Positions 39,151-48,708 of a stretch of 64,000 bases of DNA are shown piece after piece (positions within the stretch are counted from its first letter, which is position 1; each line of letters starts with the position of its first letter). A program made the position numbers and the translations under genes. Origin of the DNA: a virus; IMG/VR virus record IMGVR_UViG_3300017752_000002, one strand, 5' to 3'. Below the pieces are notes generated by a model that was not told the DNA's origin, searched no databases, and saw nothing but the letters and a program-made list of their open reading frames with translations.

Positions 39151-40868
39151 TTACTTTTGAAAAACTTAAATGGCGAAACCTATTAAGCACAGGAAACGCA
39201 TGGACTGAAGTAGATCTTAATCGTTCTACTACTACATTAATTGTAGGTAAAAATGGTGAGGGTAAATCTACTATCCTTGACGCACTCATGTTCTCTCTGT
39301 TCGGGAGACCTTTTCGTAAAGTAAAAAAAGACCAACTCGTAAATAGTATTAATGGTAAGAATCTCGAAGTAGAGATTGAGTTTATGATTCGTAATAAACA
39401 TTATAAGATATTACGAGGTGCTAAACCGAACAAAGTAGAATTATATGTAGATGGTTTAAAACTAGATTCCTTCGCCAGCAATGCTGATACGCAGACTTAT
39501 ATACAAACTCAAATAATAGGTTTTGATTGGCGAACTTTTAATAAGCTGGTCATTCTAGGATCTGCTAGTTATGCACCATTTATGCAGTTAAACTTATGGC
39601 ACAGGCGACAAGTTATTGAGGACATCTTAGATATCGGTATATTTAGAACTATGAATGAGTTGCTTACTGATAGAGCAAAACTTACTAAAGAACAACTCAT
39701 GAAAGTTGATAATGATATTACTGTCGCTAAACAACAAGTAGATTCTCAGAAAGAATTACTCGAACAATTAAGCAGTGTAAAAGAAGAAGCTGTAGAAAAG
39801 ATAAATGAAAAGATTCGTAATAATGAAGAGTCTATAACCAATATTACTAATTCTATCGAACAACTAATGAAAGATGTTGATTACTTAAATACTCAGATAT
39901 CTGATGGCGACCAAGTTAATAAAGATCTAGAAGAAGCTAAGAAACTATTGGCTGGTTATGATAATAAGAAGTCAGGCATTACTAATGATATTGCTTTCTT
40001 TGAAGATAATGAAGTATGCCCACAATGTGAGCAAGGTATAGAACACGACCATAAGAATAACATCTTAACTAAATTAAACGACAAGCTGGGCAAAGCAAGT
40101 AATCATTTATCTTCCCTAAGTCAAGCACTTGAAAAGCTAAATAAAAGATATGAGGAGATTGCTACTATAAACCAGACCATAATGAGCAAGAACTCAGAGG
40201 TATCTGCTCTCAATCAATCACTCAGTTTGTTGGGTAAAACAAACAAGGATTTAGTAGAAGAACAATCGACTTTAAATATTGATGATGAAAATGTGTTAAC
40301 ACAGAAAGCGAAACTTAAAGAACTAGCACAATCTGCTGTAAAAGCAGTCGAGGAAAAAACGCAAGTTGAAGAACAAAAACAAATTGAAGATGTATCTAAA
40401 ACACTTCTCGCTGAGTCTGGCATTAAAACTGAGATTATTCGCCAGTATCTTCCTATCATTAACAAACTTATCAACAAATATCTACAAGCAATGGACTTCT
40501 TCGTTCACTTTGAACTGGATGAAACATTCAATGAAACTATTCGCTCAAGATATAGGGACGAGTTTACATATGATAGTTTTTCTGAGGGCGAAAAGTTGAG
40601 GATAGATCTAGCAATATTATTTACTTGGAGACAAATAGCCAAGATGAAGAATTCAGTAAATACAAATCTATTACTACTAGATGAAATTTTTGATAGTAGT
40701 ATGGATGCGAGTGGTACTGACTTGTTCCTACAAGTACTAAATGAAATCGGCGAGGGAACAAATGTTTTCGTTATATCTCATAAAGGGGATCAACTTTTTG
40801 ACAAGTTTAGAAGTGTAATTAAATTTGTTAAGAAGAATGATTTTTCATCAATCGAACAAGGAGTATAA
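39147..40868 (+). CDS. gp46: Recombination ATPase gp46 (Rad50/SbcC-like)
   Basis: GKNGEGKS, CPQC zinc hook, FSEGEK signature, LLDEIFD. Confidence 0.96.
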   Translation: MITFEKLKWRNLLSTGNAWTEVDLNRSTTTLIVGKNGEGKSTILDALMFSLFGRPFRKVKKDQLVNSINGKNLEVEIEFMIRNKHYKILRGAKPNKVELYVDGLKLDSFASNADTQTYIQTQIIGFDWRTFNKLVILGSASYAPFMQLNLWHRRQVIEDILDIGIFRTMNELLTDRAKLTKEQLMKVDNDITVAKQQVDSQKELLEQLSSVKEEAVEKINEKIRNNEESITNITNSIEQLMKDVDYLNTQISDGDQVNKDLEEAKKLLAGYDNKKSGITNDIAFFEDNEVCPQCEQGIEHDHKNNILTKLNDKLGKASNHLSSLSQALEKLNKRYEEIATINQTIMSKNSEVSALNQSLSLLGKTNKDLVEEQSTLNIDDENVLTQKAKLKELAQSAVKAVEEKTQVEEQKQIEDVSKTLLAESGIKTEIIRQYLPIINKLINKYLQAMDFFVHFELDETFNETIRSRYRDEFTYDSFSEGEKLRIDLAILFTWRQIAKMKNSVNTNLLLLDEIFDSSMDASGTDLFLQVLNEIGEGTNVFVISHKGDQLFDKFRSVIKFVKKNDFSSIEQGV

Positions 40869-40871
40869 TAC

Positions 40872-41051
40872 ATGAACGCACAAGCACATCTAATGGAACA
40901 ATATAATAGAGTTAATTACGAACATAATGAAATACATGAAGAAGTTGAAAAGCATCGATTTGACTCTGAAAAACTCAAACAACTAAAACTTACCAAACTA
41001 AAACTAAAAGATAAACTTACTAATCTGGAGAAAAAACTAGGAATCTCATAA
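40872..41051 (+). CDS. Small coiled-coil protein (DUF465/YdcH-like, 59 aa)
   Basis: Own translation MNAQAHLMEQYNRVNYEHNEIHEEVEK...LKQLKLTKLKLKDKL; GGAG RBS. Confidence 0.65.
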   Translation: MNAQAHLMEQYNRVNYEHNEIHEEVEKHRFDSEKLKQLKLTKLKLKDKLTNLEKKLGIS

Positions 41052-41617
41052 TGAATGTACTTGATGATGCAAAAGGTGAATTAATACCATACAACGATCC
41101 ATTACTAACTTCCCCACAAGACGAGTGGAACTTTGATGAAAATCCACAAGAGGAAGCAGCAAAACTTGGATTGTTATTAATTGAGACTTCTAGAAAATTA
41201 CAGGGTGCAGGATTATCAGCCAATCAAATAGGATTACCATATAAAGTATTCGCATTGACTGCTGAGGAACAAATGGACTTACCAGCTATGGCTATATTCA
41301 ACCCTGAGATATTAGAATCTTCAGAAGAAGTTAGTATAATGACTGAGGGATGTTTATCTAGACCCAACCTTTGGCTCATGGTTTCTCGACCTAGACTTAT
41401 CAAAGTGAAATACCAAACATTTAAAGGCGAAGAAATCAGGACTACATTATCTGGTTATGTCTCTCGTGTGTTCCAACATGAGTATGACCATATGCTAGGA
41501 ATAGATTTCACGCAAAGAGTATCTAAGATGAAACTCGATAGAGCCATTAAAAAGATGAAAAAAGACGCAAAAAGTGGTCGTACAACCCAAGTAATTAGAG
41601 GTAATTTCAACCAATAG
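41051..41617 (+). CDS. def: Peptide deformylase
   Basis: GAGLSANQIG, EGCLS, QHEYDH motifs. Confidence 0.95.
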   Translation: MNVLDDAKGELIPYNDPLLTSPQDEWNFDENPQEEAAKLGLLLIETSRKLQGAGLSANQIGLPYKVFALTAEEQMDLPAMAIFNPEILESSEEVSIMTEGCLSRPNLWLMVSRPRLIKVKYQTFKGEEIRTTLSGYVSRVFQHEYDHMLGIDFTQRVSKMKLDRAIKKMKKDAKSGRTTQVIRGNFNQ

Positions 41618-41711
41618 TTATAAGTACTTGATTTTATATAATAAAATAATCTAAAAAAAGAGACGATTTTACTTTACTTTTGGGTCAAACGAGAGTAGAA
41701 TGACTGTATAA
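41617..41711 (+). repeat. ~95 bp promoter block, copy 1 (TTTACT-17-TAGAAT at 41673..41701)
   Basis: Aligns closely with 46462..46557. Confidence 0.9.
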
Positions 41712-41733
41712 ATTAAATTATTTGAGAGGTAAA

Positions 41734-44106
41734 ATGAATAATTCTAAAGATATACTTGCTAAATTACTCAGTACTGAAGATGTACAAGTAGTTCGTGCTT
41801 CAGTTCCTACTGCATCGTTCGATGTAAAAAATCGTGTTCTTACACTTCCAACTTTCGTAAATCTTGAAGAGACTGTTGAAAACTTGATGATTGGTCATGA
41901 AGTTGGTCATGCTTTATGGACTGACCCCAATTATGCTACTGAAGAAGTCATGAAGGATAAACTTACTAAAAACTATGCGAATGTTATTGAAGATGTTCGT
42001 ATTGAAAAGCTAATTCAAGCTGAGTATCCTGGACTTCGTACTGACTTTTTACAAGGTTATAAAAAACTTGCTGATGATGACTTCTTTCAAATTAAAGGTA
42101 AAGATGTAAACTCTCTACACCTAATTGATAAAATTAACCTGTATTTTAAAATTGGTCTTAAGTCTGGTATCAAATTTTCTGATGAAGAATTCAAAATAGT
42201 TTCTAGAGTTGATAGCTGTAAAACTTTCCCGCAGGTTATTGAACTTGCTAAAGAGTTGGCTGAGTATGCTCGTAAAAAGAAAAAAGAAGAAGAAGAAGCA
42301 CTTCAGGAACAAATGGCTCAAGCAGGTGACCTGAATGATGCTGACCTCGACGAAGAATATGAAACTAAAGAAAGCGATGACGATACTGAATACGATGAAA
42401 GCGATTCAGAATCTAATAGTGAAGAGGTTGAAACTGAAGAAGGCGATGACGATAATGGTGATAGTTTCTCATCTGGTCTTGAAGGTGGTTCGGGTCAAGC
42501 TGACCAAACTCCTGAATATTCTGATACTTCTTTAGAATCTCAAACTCAAGCATCGCTTGATACTAAGATGACTGAACATGCTAAGTATGATGGTAAGATA
42601 TTTAGAAATGTTCAAATGGAAGAATATCCTATGGGTGTAGATCCTAAAATTTCTTACAAAAAAATTCTTAAGCAGATTAAAACTCCAGGAGCTGATGGTT
42701 ATAAAAGCGATAACGAATCTGTTCATAGTGAAATTATGAATGATAGTAAAGTTATTAAAGATAATGGTTCGTCTGTATATTTGGATAGTGGTTGGCATGC
42801 TGGTGATACAGAAACATTTAAAGACTACTATGGTAGAGAATATCTTGGCGATAAGTCTGGTGCATACTATAAAGAAGACTATGATAATTTTATGAACAAT
42901 ATTAAGTCTGATATTGATTATATGGTAAAAGAGTTTGAGATGAAAAAATCTGCTCAAAGGTATGCTCGTACTGAAACTGCTAAGACTGGTCAGTTAGATG
43001 TAAAAAAACTTTACAACTACAAACTGTCTGAAGATTTATTCAAAAGAATTAATGTTGTTTCTGATGATAAAAATCATGGATTCGTTATGTTAGTTGACTG
43101 GTCTGGTTCTATGCAAAATATTATGCGTGATACTATGAGACAAGTAATTATTCTTTCAACTTTCTGTCGTAAAGTGAATATTCCTTTCGAAGTATTGGCA
43201 TTTTCTAATCATGATAATGTACATAACAGATATTCTAATGATAATGAAAATTCTGTAGAGTTAGTATCCCAGGAAGATTACGAAAAAGTGGTTGCTGCAA
43301 AATCTGCTAATAATGAAAAACTACATCATATTAGAAGAGAAAATATGTGGTTGTACCAACTACTTACTAATGAGATGAATAATAAAGAGTTTGATGAAAT
43401 GTGTTTTTACTTACACTCTTTCTTATGGTACTACTCATACAACCTTTCACTTTCAGGTACTCCTTTGACTGAAGCACTTGAAATTATGGTTGGTTATACT
43501 TCTAGATTTCAAAAGCAACATAATCTTGATAAATTAAACTTTATCACTTTGACTGATGGTGCTGGATATAGTAGAGGTATTCAATCTAATTACCAACTTG
43601 AAAGGGAACTGTATCCTGATATCAATGGTCGTCCTTTGAGAGGTTCTTATGTTGATACTCTTATAGATCCTGTGACTAAAAAGAAATATGTTGTTTCAGG
43701 TTCTAGAAATAATTTTGATTTTGCTTTCCTCGATGCTATCAAGTCTAGAGGTTGTACTACTATCGGATATTTCCTAGGAAGAAATTCTTTTAGAGGTATG
43801 CAACAGTTCTATCACTACAACCATCCTTCTTACGATGGGAATGGTGAATATCCTATGTTTGGGTTTGATAAAGCTAGATTAGAGATTCGTAAGAATGGTG
43901 GTTGGGGATCTTTCTCTGACTTCGGTCGCGATGAAATGTTTTTCTTAGATACAGCTAAATTAAATCCTGCTAGTGTAGATGCTACTGATATTGATAACAT
44001 CGAGAAAAAAACTGCTAGTCAAATCGCTAGGCAATTCACTAAAGGTTTGAAAACTAACAGGCAATCTAAAGTTCTTATGAATACTTTCGTAGATAGGGTA
44101 GCATGA
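41734..44106 (+). CDS. HExxH-domain + vWA (CobT-like) protein
   Basis: GHEVGHALWT, acidic linker, MIDAS LVDWSGSM and LTDG; ATG at 41734 after GAGG. Confidence 0.85.
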   Translation: MNNSKDILAKLLSTEDVQVVRASVPTASFDVKNRVLTLPTFVNLEETVENLMIGHEVGHALWTDPNYATEEVMKDKLTKNYANVIEDVRIEKLIQAEYPGLRTDFLQGYKKLADDDFFQIKGKDVNSLHLIDKINLYFKIGLKSGIKFSDEEFKIVSRVDSCKTFPQVIELAKELAEYARKKKKEEEEALQEQMAQAGDLNDADLDEEYETKESDDDTEYDESDSESNSEEVETEEGDDDNGDSFSSGLEGGSGQADQTPEYSDTSLESQTQASLDTKMTEHAKYDGKIFRNVQMEEYPMGVDPKISYKKILKQIKTPGADGYKSDNESVHSEIMNDSKVIKDNGSSVYLDSGWHAGDTETFKDYYGREYLGDKSGAYYKEDYDNFMNNIKSDIDYMVKEFEMKKSAQRYARTETAKTGQLDVKKLYNYKLSEDLFKRINVVSDDKNHGFVMLVDWSGSMQNIMRDTMRQVIILSTFCRKVNIPFEVLAFSNHDNVHNRYSNDNENSVELVSQEDYEKVVAAKSANNEKLHHIRRENMWLYQLLTNEMNNKEFDEMCFYLHSFLWYYSYNLSLSGTPLTEALEIMVGYTSRFQKQHNLDKLNFITLTDGAGYSRGIQSNYQLERELYPDINGRPLRGSYVDTLIDPVTKKKYVVSGSRNNFDFAFLDAIKSRGCTTIGYFLGRNSFRGMQQFYHYNHPSYDGNGEYPMFGFDKARLEIRKNGGWGSFSDFGRDEMFFLDTAKLNPASVDATDIDNIEKKTASQIARQFTKGLKTNRQSKVLMNTFVDRVA

Positions 44107-44408
44107 CACAAGAAGAAATAAAACAAAAGATTAAGCAAAGGCGAACACAAATGTTAGTCCACTCCTGCATTTATTATGAAATGAATGACAACATTGTCGA
44201 TGATGCGACATGGCAGAAGTGGGCTGACGAACTTCGTGATTTGCAAAACGAACATCCATTACTTTGTCAAATAGAATTTTTTGATGAAGTATTTGCTCGG
44301 TGGGATGGATCCACTGGTCATCATTTACCTCTCAGAGATCCGTGGGTTTTTGACCGAGCAACCCTTTTAATAAATGCTAAAGAGAAAGGATATGGTACTT
44401 CTTTATGA
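44103..44408 (+). CDS. Stand-alone NAD-ligase domain Ia-like protein
   Basis: H..IYY...D.IVDD..W...A.EL..LQ.EHP pattern. Confidence 0.6.
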   Translation: MTQEEIKQKIKQRRTQMLVHSCIYYEMNDNIVDDATWQKWADELRDLQNEHPLLCQIEFFDEVFARWDGSTGHHLPLRDPWVFDRATLLINAKEKGYGTSL

Positions 44409-44644
44409 GAAAAGAGAAAACACCCCCACCCAATTCAAAACTAAGATATCATGTAAAGCGAAAAGGTAAATCTTTTCATGTGATAGAAAATGGTGGCGAT
44501 TATCAAAACAAAGTTATCCATGAAACTTCTGATAAAAAAGAAGCATATCGGATATCTAAAATACAAAGTAAAACTCAACAGTGGGCACCGAATGCTGGTG
44601 TACCTTTATATCTATGTCCTACTCAGGTTATACAGCAGTCATAG
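44405..44644 (+). CDS. Hypothetical protein
   Basis: 79 aa ORF with ATGA overlap. Confidence 0.55.
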   Translation: MRKEKTPPPNSKLRYHVKRKGKSFHVIENGGDYQNKVIHETSDKKEAYRISKIQSKTQQWAPNAGVPLYLCPTQVIQQS

Positions 44645-45465
44645 GAATTTTAATCAGTGACAACCACAGTAAAGAAGATATTCTTAACTGTATGAAAAGT
44701 TGTCAAGGATATCCTATATGGGTACACGCGAACACCAATGATACTAATTGGGCAGATAGGATGAAGATTGCTTGTGAAGAAACAGGTTGTCATTATTTTT
44801 CTAGCACTAGAAGTAATGGTAATCCAGGATTTGGTAAAAACTTGATGATGAGAAACTTTGGTATGGATACTAATTTAAGATTCTTTAGTTATTGCTTTCT
44901 AATAGATGGCGATGACGCATGGGGATCTACACTGCCTGAGTTATTCAAAAGGAAGTACGATGGCGACTTCTTATTCTCATCAGGTGGCAAGTATAAGTGG
45001 AAAGATGAGATATATGAAAAGGTTGAACTGGCTCAGCTGAGCGAACAAATAAGAAAGGATATGGGGGATAAGTACGATAAGCCAACATCCTATATATCTG
45101 AGTGGTTGGATTTAAGAGAGTTATTACAGAAATTTTATCAGCATCCTAATAATGAGCATGGCACATTAAATAGATTGATAGGATTTCATAAGGGTTCAAT
45201 CTATAAATTACAGTTTAAAGAAGATATTAAAATAGCTGAAGACCTAATTTTTCATATTGAAGCATTGATGGCTGACAAAAGAAAAGAGTTTAAGATACAA
45301 TATTTACATGATGATGACTTATACTTATATCAACCAAATGAAAGAGGAATACATTATTACTCTTTTTCTAGACCAAAAGAAAACTGGTTAGCGAGAGTAA
45401 GAGCATATCTACCAAAGGCATATCCTAAAAGTTTGAAAAAATATAAAGTGGACTGGATAAAATGA
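44614..45465 (+). CDS. GT-A-like glycosyltransferase
   Basis: SNGNPGFGKN, FLIDGDD (DxD), IAEDLIF; start likely the ATG at 44614. Confidence 0.6.
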   Translation: MSYSGYTAVIGILISDNHSKEDILNCMKSCQGYPIWVHANTNDTNWADRMKIACEETGCHYFSSTRSNGNPGFGKNLMMRNFGMDTNLRFFSYCFLIDGDDAWGSTLPELFKRKYDGDFLFSSGGKYKWKDEIYEKVELAQLSEQIRKDMGDKYDKPTSYISEWLDLRELLQKFYQHPNNEHGTLNRLIGFHKGSIYKLQFKEDIKIAEDLIFHIEALMADKRKEFKIQYLHDDDLYLYQPNERGIHYYSFSRPKENWLARVRAYLPKAYPKSLKKYKVDWIK

Positions 45466-46115
45466 CATATATCGTTCCTAAAAAAGTTTATTACATACAT
45501 ATCCCCAAAGCTGGTGGTACGACTGAGAAGTACAAACTGAAGGAACTATATGGTAATGATATGAAAGAAGTGACCACAGGAAAGCATAGTCCTTATGATA
45601 AACAGTATGCTGATTATGATTGTATATATACACATGTAAGGAATCCGCATGATAGATTATTGTCAATTTATTTGTTTTGGTTTGAACTTAAATTTATGCC
45701 ACAAAAACATATTACTGATAAAAGAATAGACTTTATGCAATATGAACACAAACAAAGAATATCGCAAAATTTTGGACATTATATGGGTGGGATGTCAAAG
45801 TTTGATACTATGCTTTACAATAAGATAACTCCACTTATTCAAGATAATAATCCTGAAAATTATTACAAGTGGTTAGATACTGTAGGAAAAGCAAATGATG
45901 AAATGGATTGTTTCTTTGAATATCGACCATGGCTTCAACAACATTTATGGTTGGCTGATAATGTATTCGTAAAGAAGATTGAAGATGAAGGTGGCGAAAA
46001 ATTAAATATTACCAGCAGAATGCCAGAACATGATGATAATGATTACTTACAAATAGGCAAACCACTAATAGAAAAATATTACAAAGAAGACTTAGAAAGG
46101 TTCGGATATGAATAG
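45462..46115 (+). CDS. Sulfotransferase family protein
   Basis: YIHIPKAGGTT (5'-PSB) and VRNPHDRLLSIY (3'-PB). Confidence 0.85.
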   Translation: MTYIVPKKVYYIHIPKAGGTTEKYKLKELYGNDMKEVTTGKHSPYDKQYADYDCIYTHVRNPHDRLLSIYLFWFELKFMPQKHITDKRIDFMQYEHKQRISQNFGHYMGGMSKFDTMLYNKITPLIQDNNPENYYKWLDTVGKANDEMDCFFEYRPWLQQHLWLADNVFVKKIEDEGGEKLNITSRMPEHDDNDYLQIGKPLIEKYYKEDLERFGYE

Positions 46116-46198
46116 GTTTAAATTTTATCTAGAAATAATTACCTGCTTTTTTATTATCGCAGGGATAATACGACATTATTAACAAGGAGAACTATAAC

Positions 46199-46456
46199 AT
46201 GGGAAAACATATAAAAACATCAATGGACGAAAAGGTAGTGGATTATCTTGCTATTGAATTATGGCGAAAAGATCCAAACAATAAAGTCCTCCATCAGTTG
46301 ATGGGTATGCAGAATGAGGAAGGAAACCATATTCGTAAGACTATCGATGCTTATGATAAAACAGGTGAGTTTCCAACCCACTATAATACCGATGGAACAT
46401 GGAAATATTCGTCTGGACAGATAAGTTTTGACGCATTTTTATCACAAGGAAAGTAA
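46199..46456 (+). CDS. Hypothetical protein
   Basis: AAGGAG RBS, 85 aa. Confidence 0.65.
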   Translation: MGKHIKTSMDEKVVDYLAIELWRKDPNNKVLHQLMGMQNEEGNHIRKTIDAYDKTGEFPTHYNTDGTWKYSSGQISFDAFLSQGK

Positions 46457-46461
46457 AAAAG

Positions 46462-46557
46462 GTTATAAGTAGTTGTTTTTTAATAATAAAAAAATCTTAA
46501 AAAATGGACGATTTTACTTTACTTTTGGGTCAAATGAGAGTAGAATCATCTGTATAA
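46462..46557 (+). repeat. ~95 bp promoter block, copy 2 (TTTACT-17-TAGAAT at 46518..46546)
   Basis: Aligns closely with 41617..41711. Confidence 0.9.
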
Positions 46558-46585
46558 GTTAATAAATTAAAGCGAGGTATATATT

Positions 46586-47791
46586 ATGACAAACTTATCT
46601 AAAGAAACTGCTTTCCTAGAAAGAGCATTTGAGCTTTTTCCTGAAGCAAGTGACAGTCGTGAAATGACTGCCAAACAAATACTAGAAGTCAGATCTTCTG
46701 GTATTTCTGTACCAGGATCTATCTGGGAAAATAAAGTTGCTAACAGCAAACCAGCACTTTATGTAATTCCAGGTGGTTCTGTTTCTAAACCAGTTGCTGA
46801 CCCAGTTGCTGTTGATACTGTATCAACACCATCTACTAAGTCTTCAGCTGTTTCAACAACTGTTGATAAAAATAGTTTGGTTCCATGTGTGGATCCTAAC
46901 TATGTTCCTTTCGGAAACTATCGTGACTTACAAATTATTGTGAAGTCTGGTATGTTTTATCCTTCTTACATAGCAGGTCCGACTGGTAATGGTAAATCTA
47001 CTAGCATTGAGCAAATCTGTGCTAAGCAGAAAAAACCTTTAATTCGTGTCAACTTAAATACTATGACTGATGAAGACCAGTTGATTGGTTCTAAAACTTT
47101 GGTCGATGGTAATGTTGAAATCGTAGAAGGTCCAATTGTAATCGCTATGAGATTTGGTATCCCTCTTCTTCTTGATGAGATTGATGCTGGTGGTGCGAAT
47201 ACACTTCTTTGTTTACAACCTATCCTTGAAGGAAAACCATTTTATTTCAAATTAAAAAATGAAATGATTACTCCTGCTCCAGGATTTAATATCTTCGCAA
47301 CTGCGAACACTAAAGGTAAAGGATCTGACGATGGTAGATACATCGGTACGAATGTCCTTAACGAAGCATTCCTAGAAAGGTTTGCTGTGACTTTTAACCA
47401 ACCTTACCCAACTGAAAAAGTTGAGTTAGAGATTGTTAAAAATCTGTTCGTTCACTTTGGTCTAGCTGACCAGAAGAAAACTATCAACCAATCTAAAAGT
47501 CTTGACGACTTTGCTTCTAACTTAGTTAAGTGGGCAGCAGTTGTTCGTAAGACTTTTGATGATGGTGGTTGTGACGAGAATATCACTACTCGTAGGTTGA
47601 CTCACATTGTTCGTGCTTTTTCTATCTTCAAAAATGAGAAGAAAGCAATTGAACTTTGCTTGAATAGGTTTGATGATGTCACTAAAATGGCATTCCTTGA
47701 CCTTTACACTAAAATCTCTGCTGGGGAAATGGATTCTCCAGCTGAGGAAGATAGTGATAGAAACCCATTTACTGAAGAGGTATCTGAATAA
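46586..47791 (+). CDS. cobS: CobS-like/MoxR AAA+ ATPase
   Basis: GPTGNGKS, LLLDEID, NEAFLERF; typical of marine T4-likes. Confidence 0.9.
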   Translation: MTNLSKETAFLERAFELFPEASDSREMTAKQILEVRSSGISVPGSIWENKVANSKPALYVIPGGSVSKPVADPVAVDTVSTPSTKSSAVSTTVDKNSLVPCVDPNYVPFGNYRDLQIIVKSGMFYPSYIAGPTGNGKSTSIEQICAKQKKPLIRVNLNTMTDEDQLIGSKTLVDGNVEIVEGPIVIAMRFGIPLLLDEIDAGGANTLLCLQPILEGKPFYFKLKNEMITPAPGFNIFATANTKGKGSDDGRYIGTNVLNEAFLERFAVTFNQPYPTEKVELEIVKNLFVHFGLADQKKTINQSKSLDDFASNLVKWAAVVRKTFDDGGCDENITTRRLTHIVRAFSIFKNEKKAIELCLNRFDDVTKMAFLDLYTKISAGEMDSPAEEDSDRNPFTEEVSE

Positions 47792-48231
47792 TGGAACTTA
47801 CACCATACGAACTTCTTACTAAGTTTCAAAAGCGATGGGTAGATAACATGATTGTTGTCTATCCTGAACTTGAGACTGGTGGTGCTATTACTTTGGAAAA
47901 ATGTACTGAAGGGATTGTTAAGCTGAAAGAAAAACATGCTGAAGATCCTAGTTTTCCTAAGATCGGTACACCTAATTGGAATTATAAGATTAACAAGATC
48001 GACAAAGGCATCTATTTCTTTCCTGCTCCAGGAGCAGACTCAGAGATGGCGATTCGTGAAGCTGAGGATATAAAGATATCTCGTTTACCGAAACCAAAGT
48101 TTGTCATAAAAGACGAGGAAGATGCCGACTTCGTTCAGGAACTGAAAGACTTCGGTATTGATATAGATGTCGCCGATGAAGATAATGGTGTTTCAGTTCC
48201 TGATTTAAGGGATTCATCTGTTATTGACTGA
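47791..48231 (+). CDS. Hypothetical protein
   Basis: 146 aa ORF overlapping the cobS stop. Confidence 0.65.
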   Translation: MELTPYELLTKFQKRWVDNMIVVYPELETGGAITLEKCTEGIVKLKEKHAEDPSFPKIGTPNWNYKINKIDKGIYFFPAPGADSEMAIREAEDIKISRLPKPKFVIKDEEDADFVQELKDFGIDIDVADEDNGVSVPDLRDSSVID

Positions 48232-48247
48232 CGATAGCTGATGATAG

Positions 48248-48278
48248 AAAGGGAAGGACTGCCATCTCCTTCCCTTTT
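48248..48278 (+). terminator. Hairpin/terminator before the tRNA
   Basis: AAAGGGAAGGA / TCCTTCCCTTTT stem. Confidence 0.6.
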
Positions 48279-48297
48279 GCATTTATTTACAGTGGAT

Positions 48298-48373
48298 GGA
48301 CTCGTGGTGAAACTGGATATCACACTAGTCTTCTAAACTTGTATTACAGGTTCGAGTCCTGTCGAGTCCACCA
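48298..48373 (+). tRNA. trnR: tRNA-Arg(UCU)
   Basis: Acceptor GGACTCG/CGAGTCC + ACCA, D arm GTGA/TCAC, anticodon loop CT-TCT-AA, T arm ACAGG-TTCGAGT-CCTGT; 76 nt. Confidence 0.93.
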
Positions 48374-48374
48374 C

Positions 48375-48403
48375 TTTACTTTTAAGTTTTTTTAATATAG
48401 AGT
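48375..48403 (+). promoter_or_regulatory. Sigma70-type promoter
   Basis: TTTACT-17-TAGAGT. Confidence 0.65.
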
Positions 48404-48410
48404 ATTGAAT

Positions 48411-48704
48411 ATGAAAAATAAAAATCCTAATATTGATTATAAATTTGATGAAGATAAACTTATTGAAGACTTCAAAGAATATATTGATAAAACTTACATG
48501 GGGCACTACAGTAAAAACTCATTTCAAGCAAGTGAATTTATTATTGATTGTGGTCATGGTATGGGATTTTTTATGGGTAATGTATTGAAGTATGCCCAAA
48601 GGTATGGCAAGAAAGATGGTTATAATCGTGCCGATATTTTAAAAATACTTCACTATGCATTGATGGCTTTACATCAACATGATAAAATTAACAAGGAGAA
48701 ATAA
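48411..48704 (+). CDS. Conserved T4-like hypothetical protein (DUF3310-like)
   Basis: YIDKTYMGHYS, GFFMGNVLKYAQRYGKKDG, DILKILHYA motifs. Confidence 0.75.
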   Translation: MKNKNPNIDYKFDEDKLIEDFKEYIDKTYMGHYSKNSFQASEFIIDCGHGMGFFMGNVLKYAQRYGKKDGYNRADILKILHYALMALHQHDKINKEK

Positions 48705-48708
48705 TATT

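Noticed and set aside
46586-47791. cobS as evidence of cobalamin biosynthesis
   Set aside because: No CobN or other cob genes; phage CobS-like proteins are MoxR AAA+ ATPases of unclear role.
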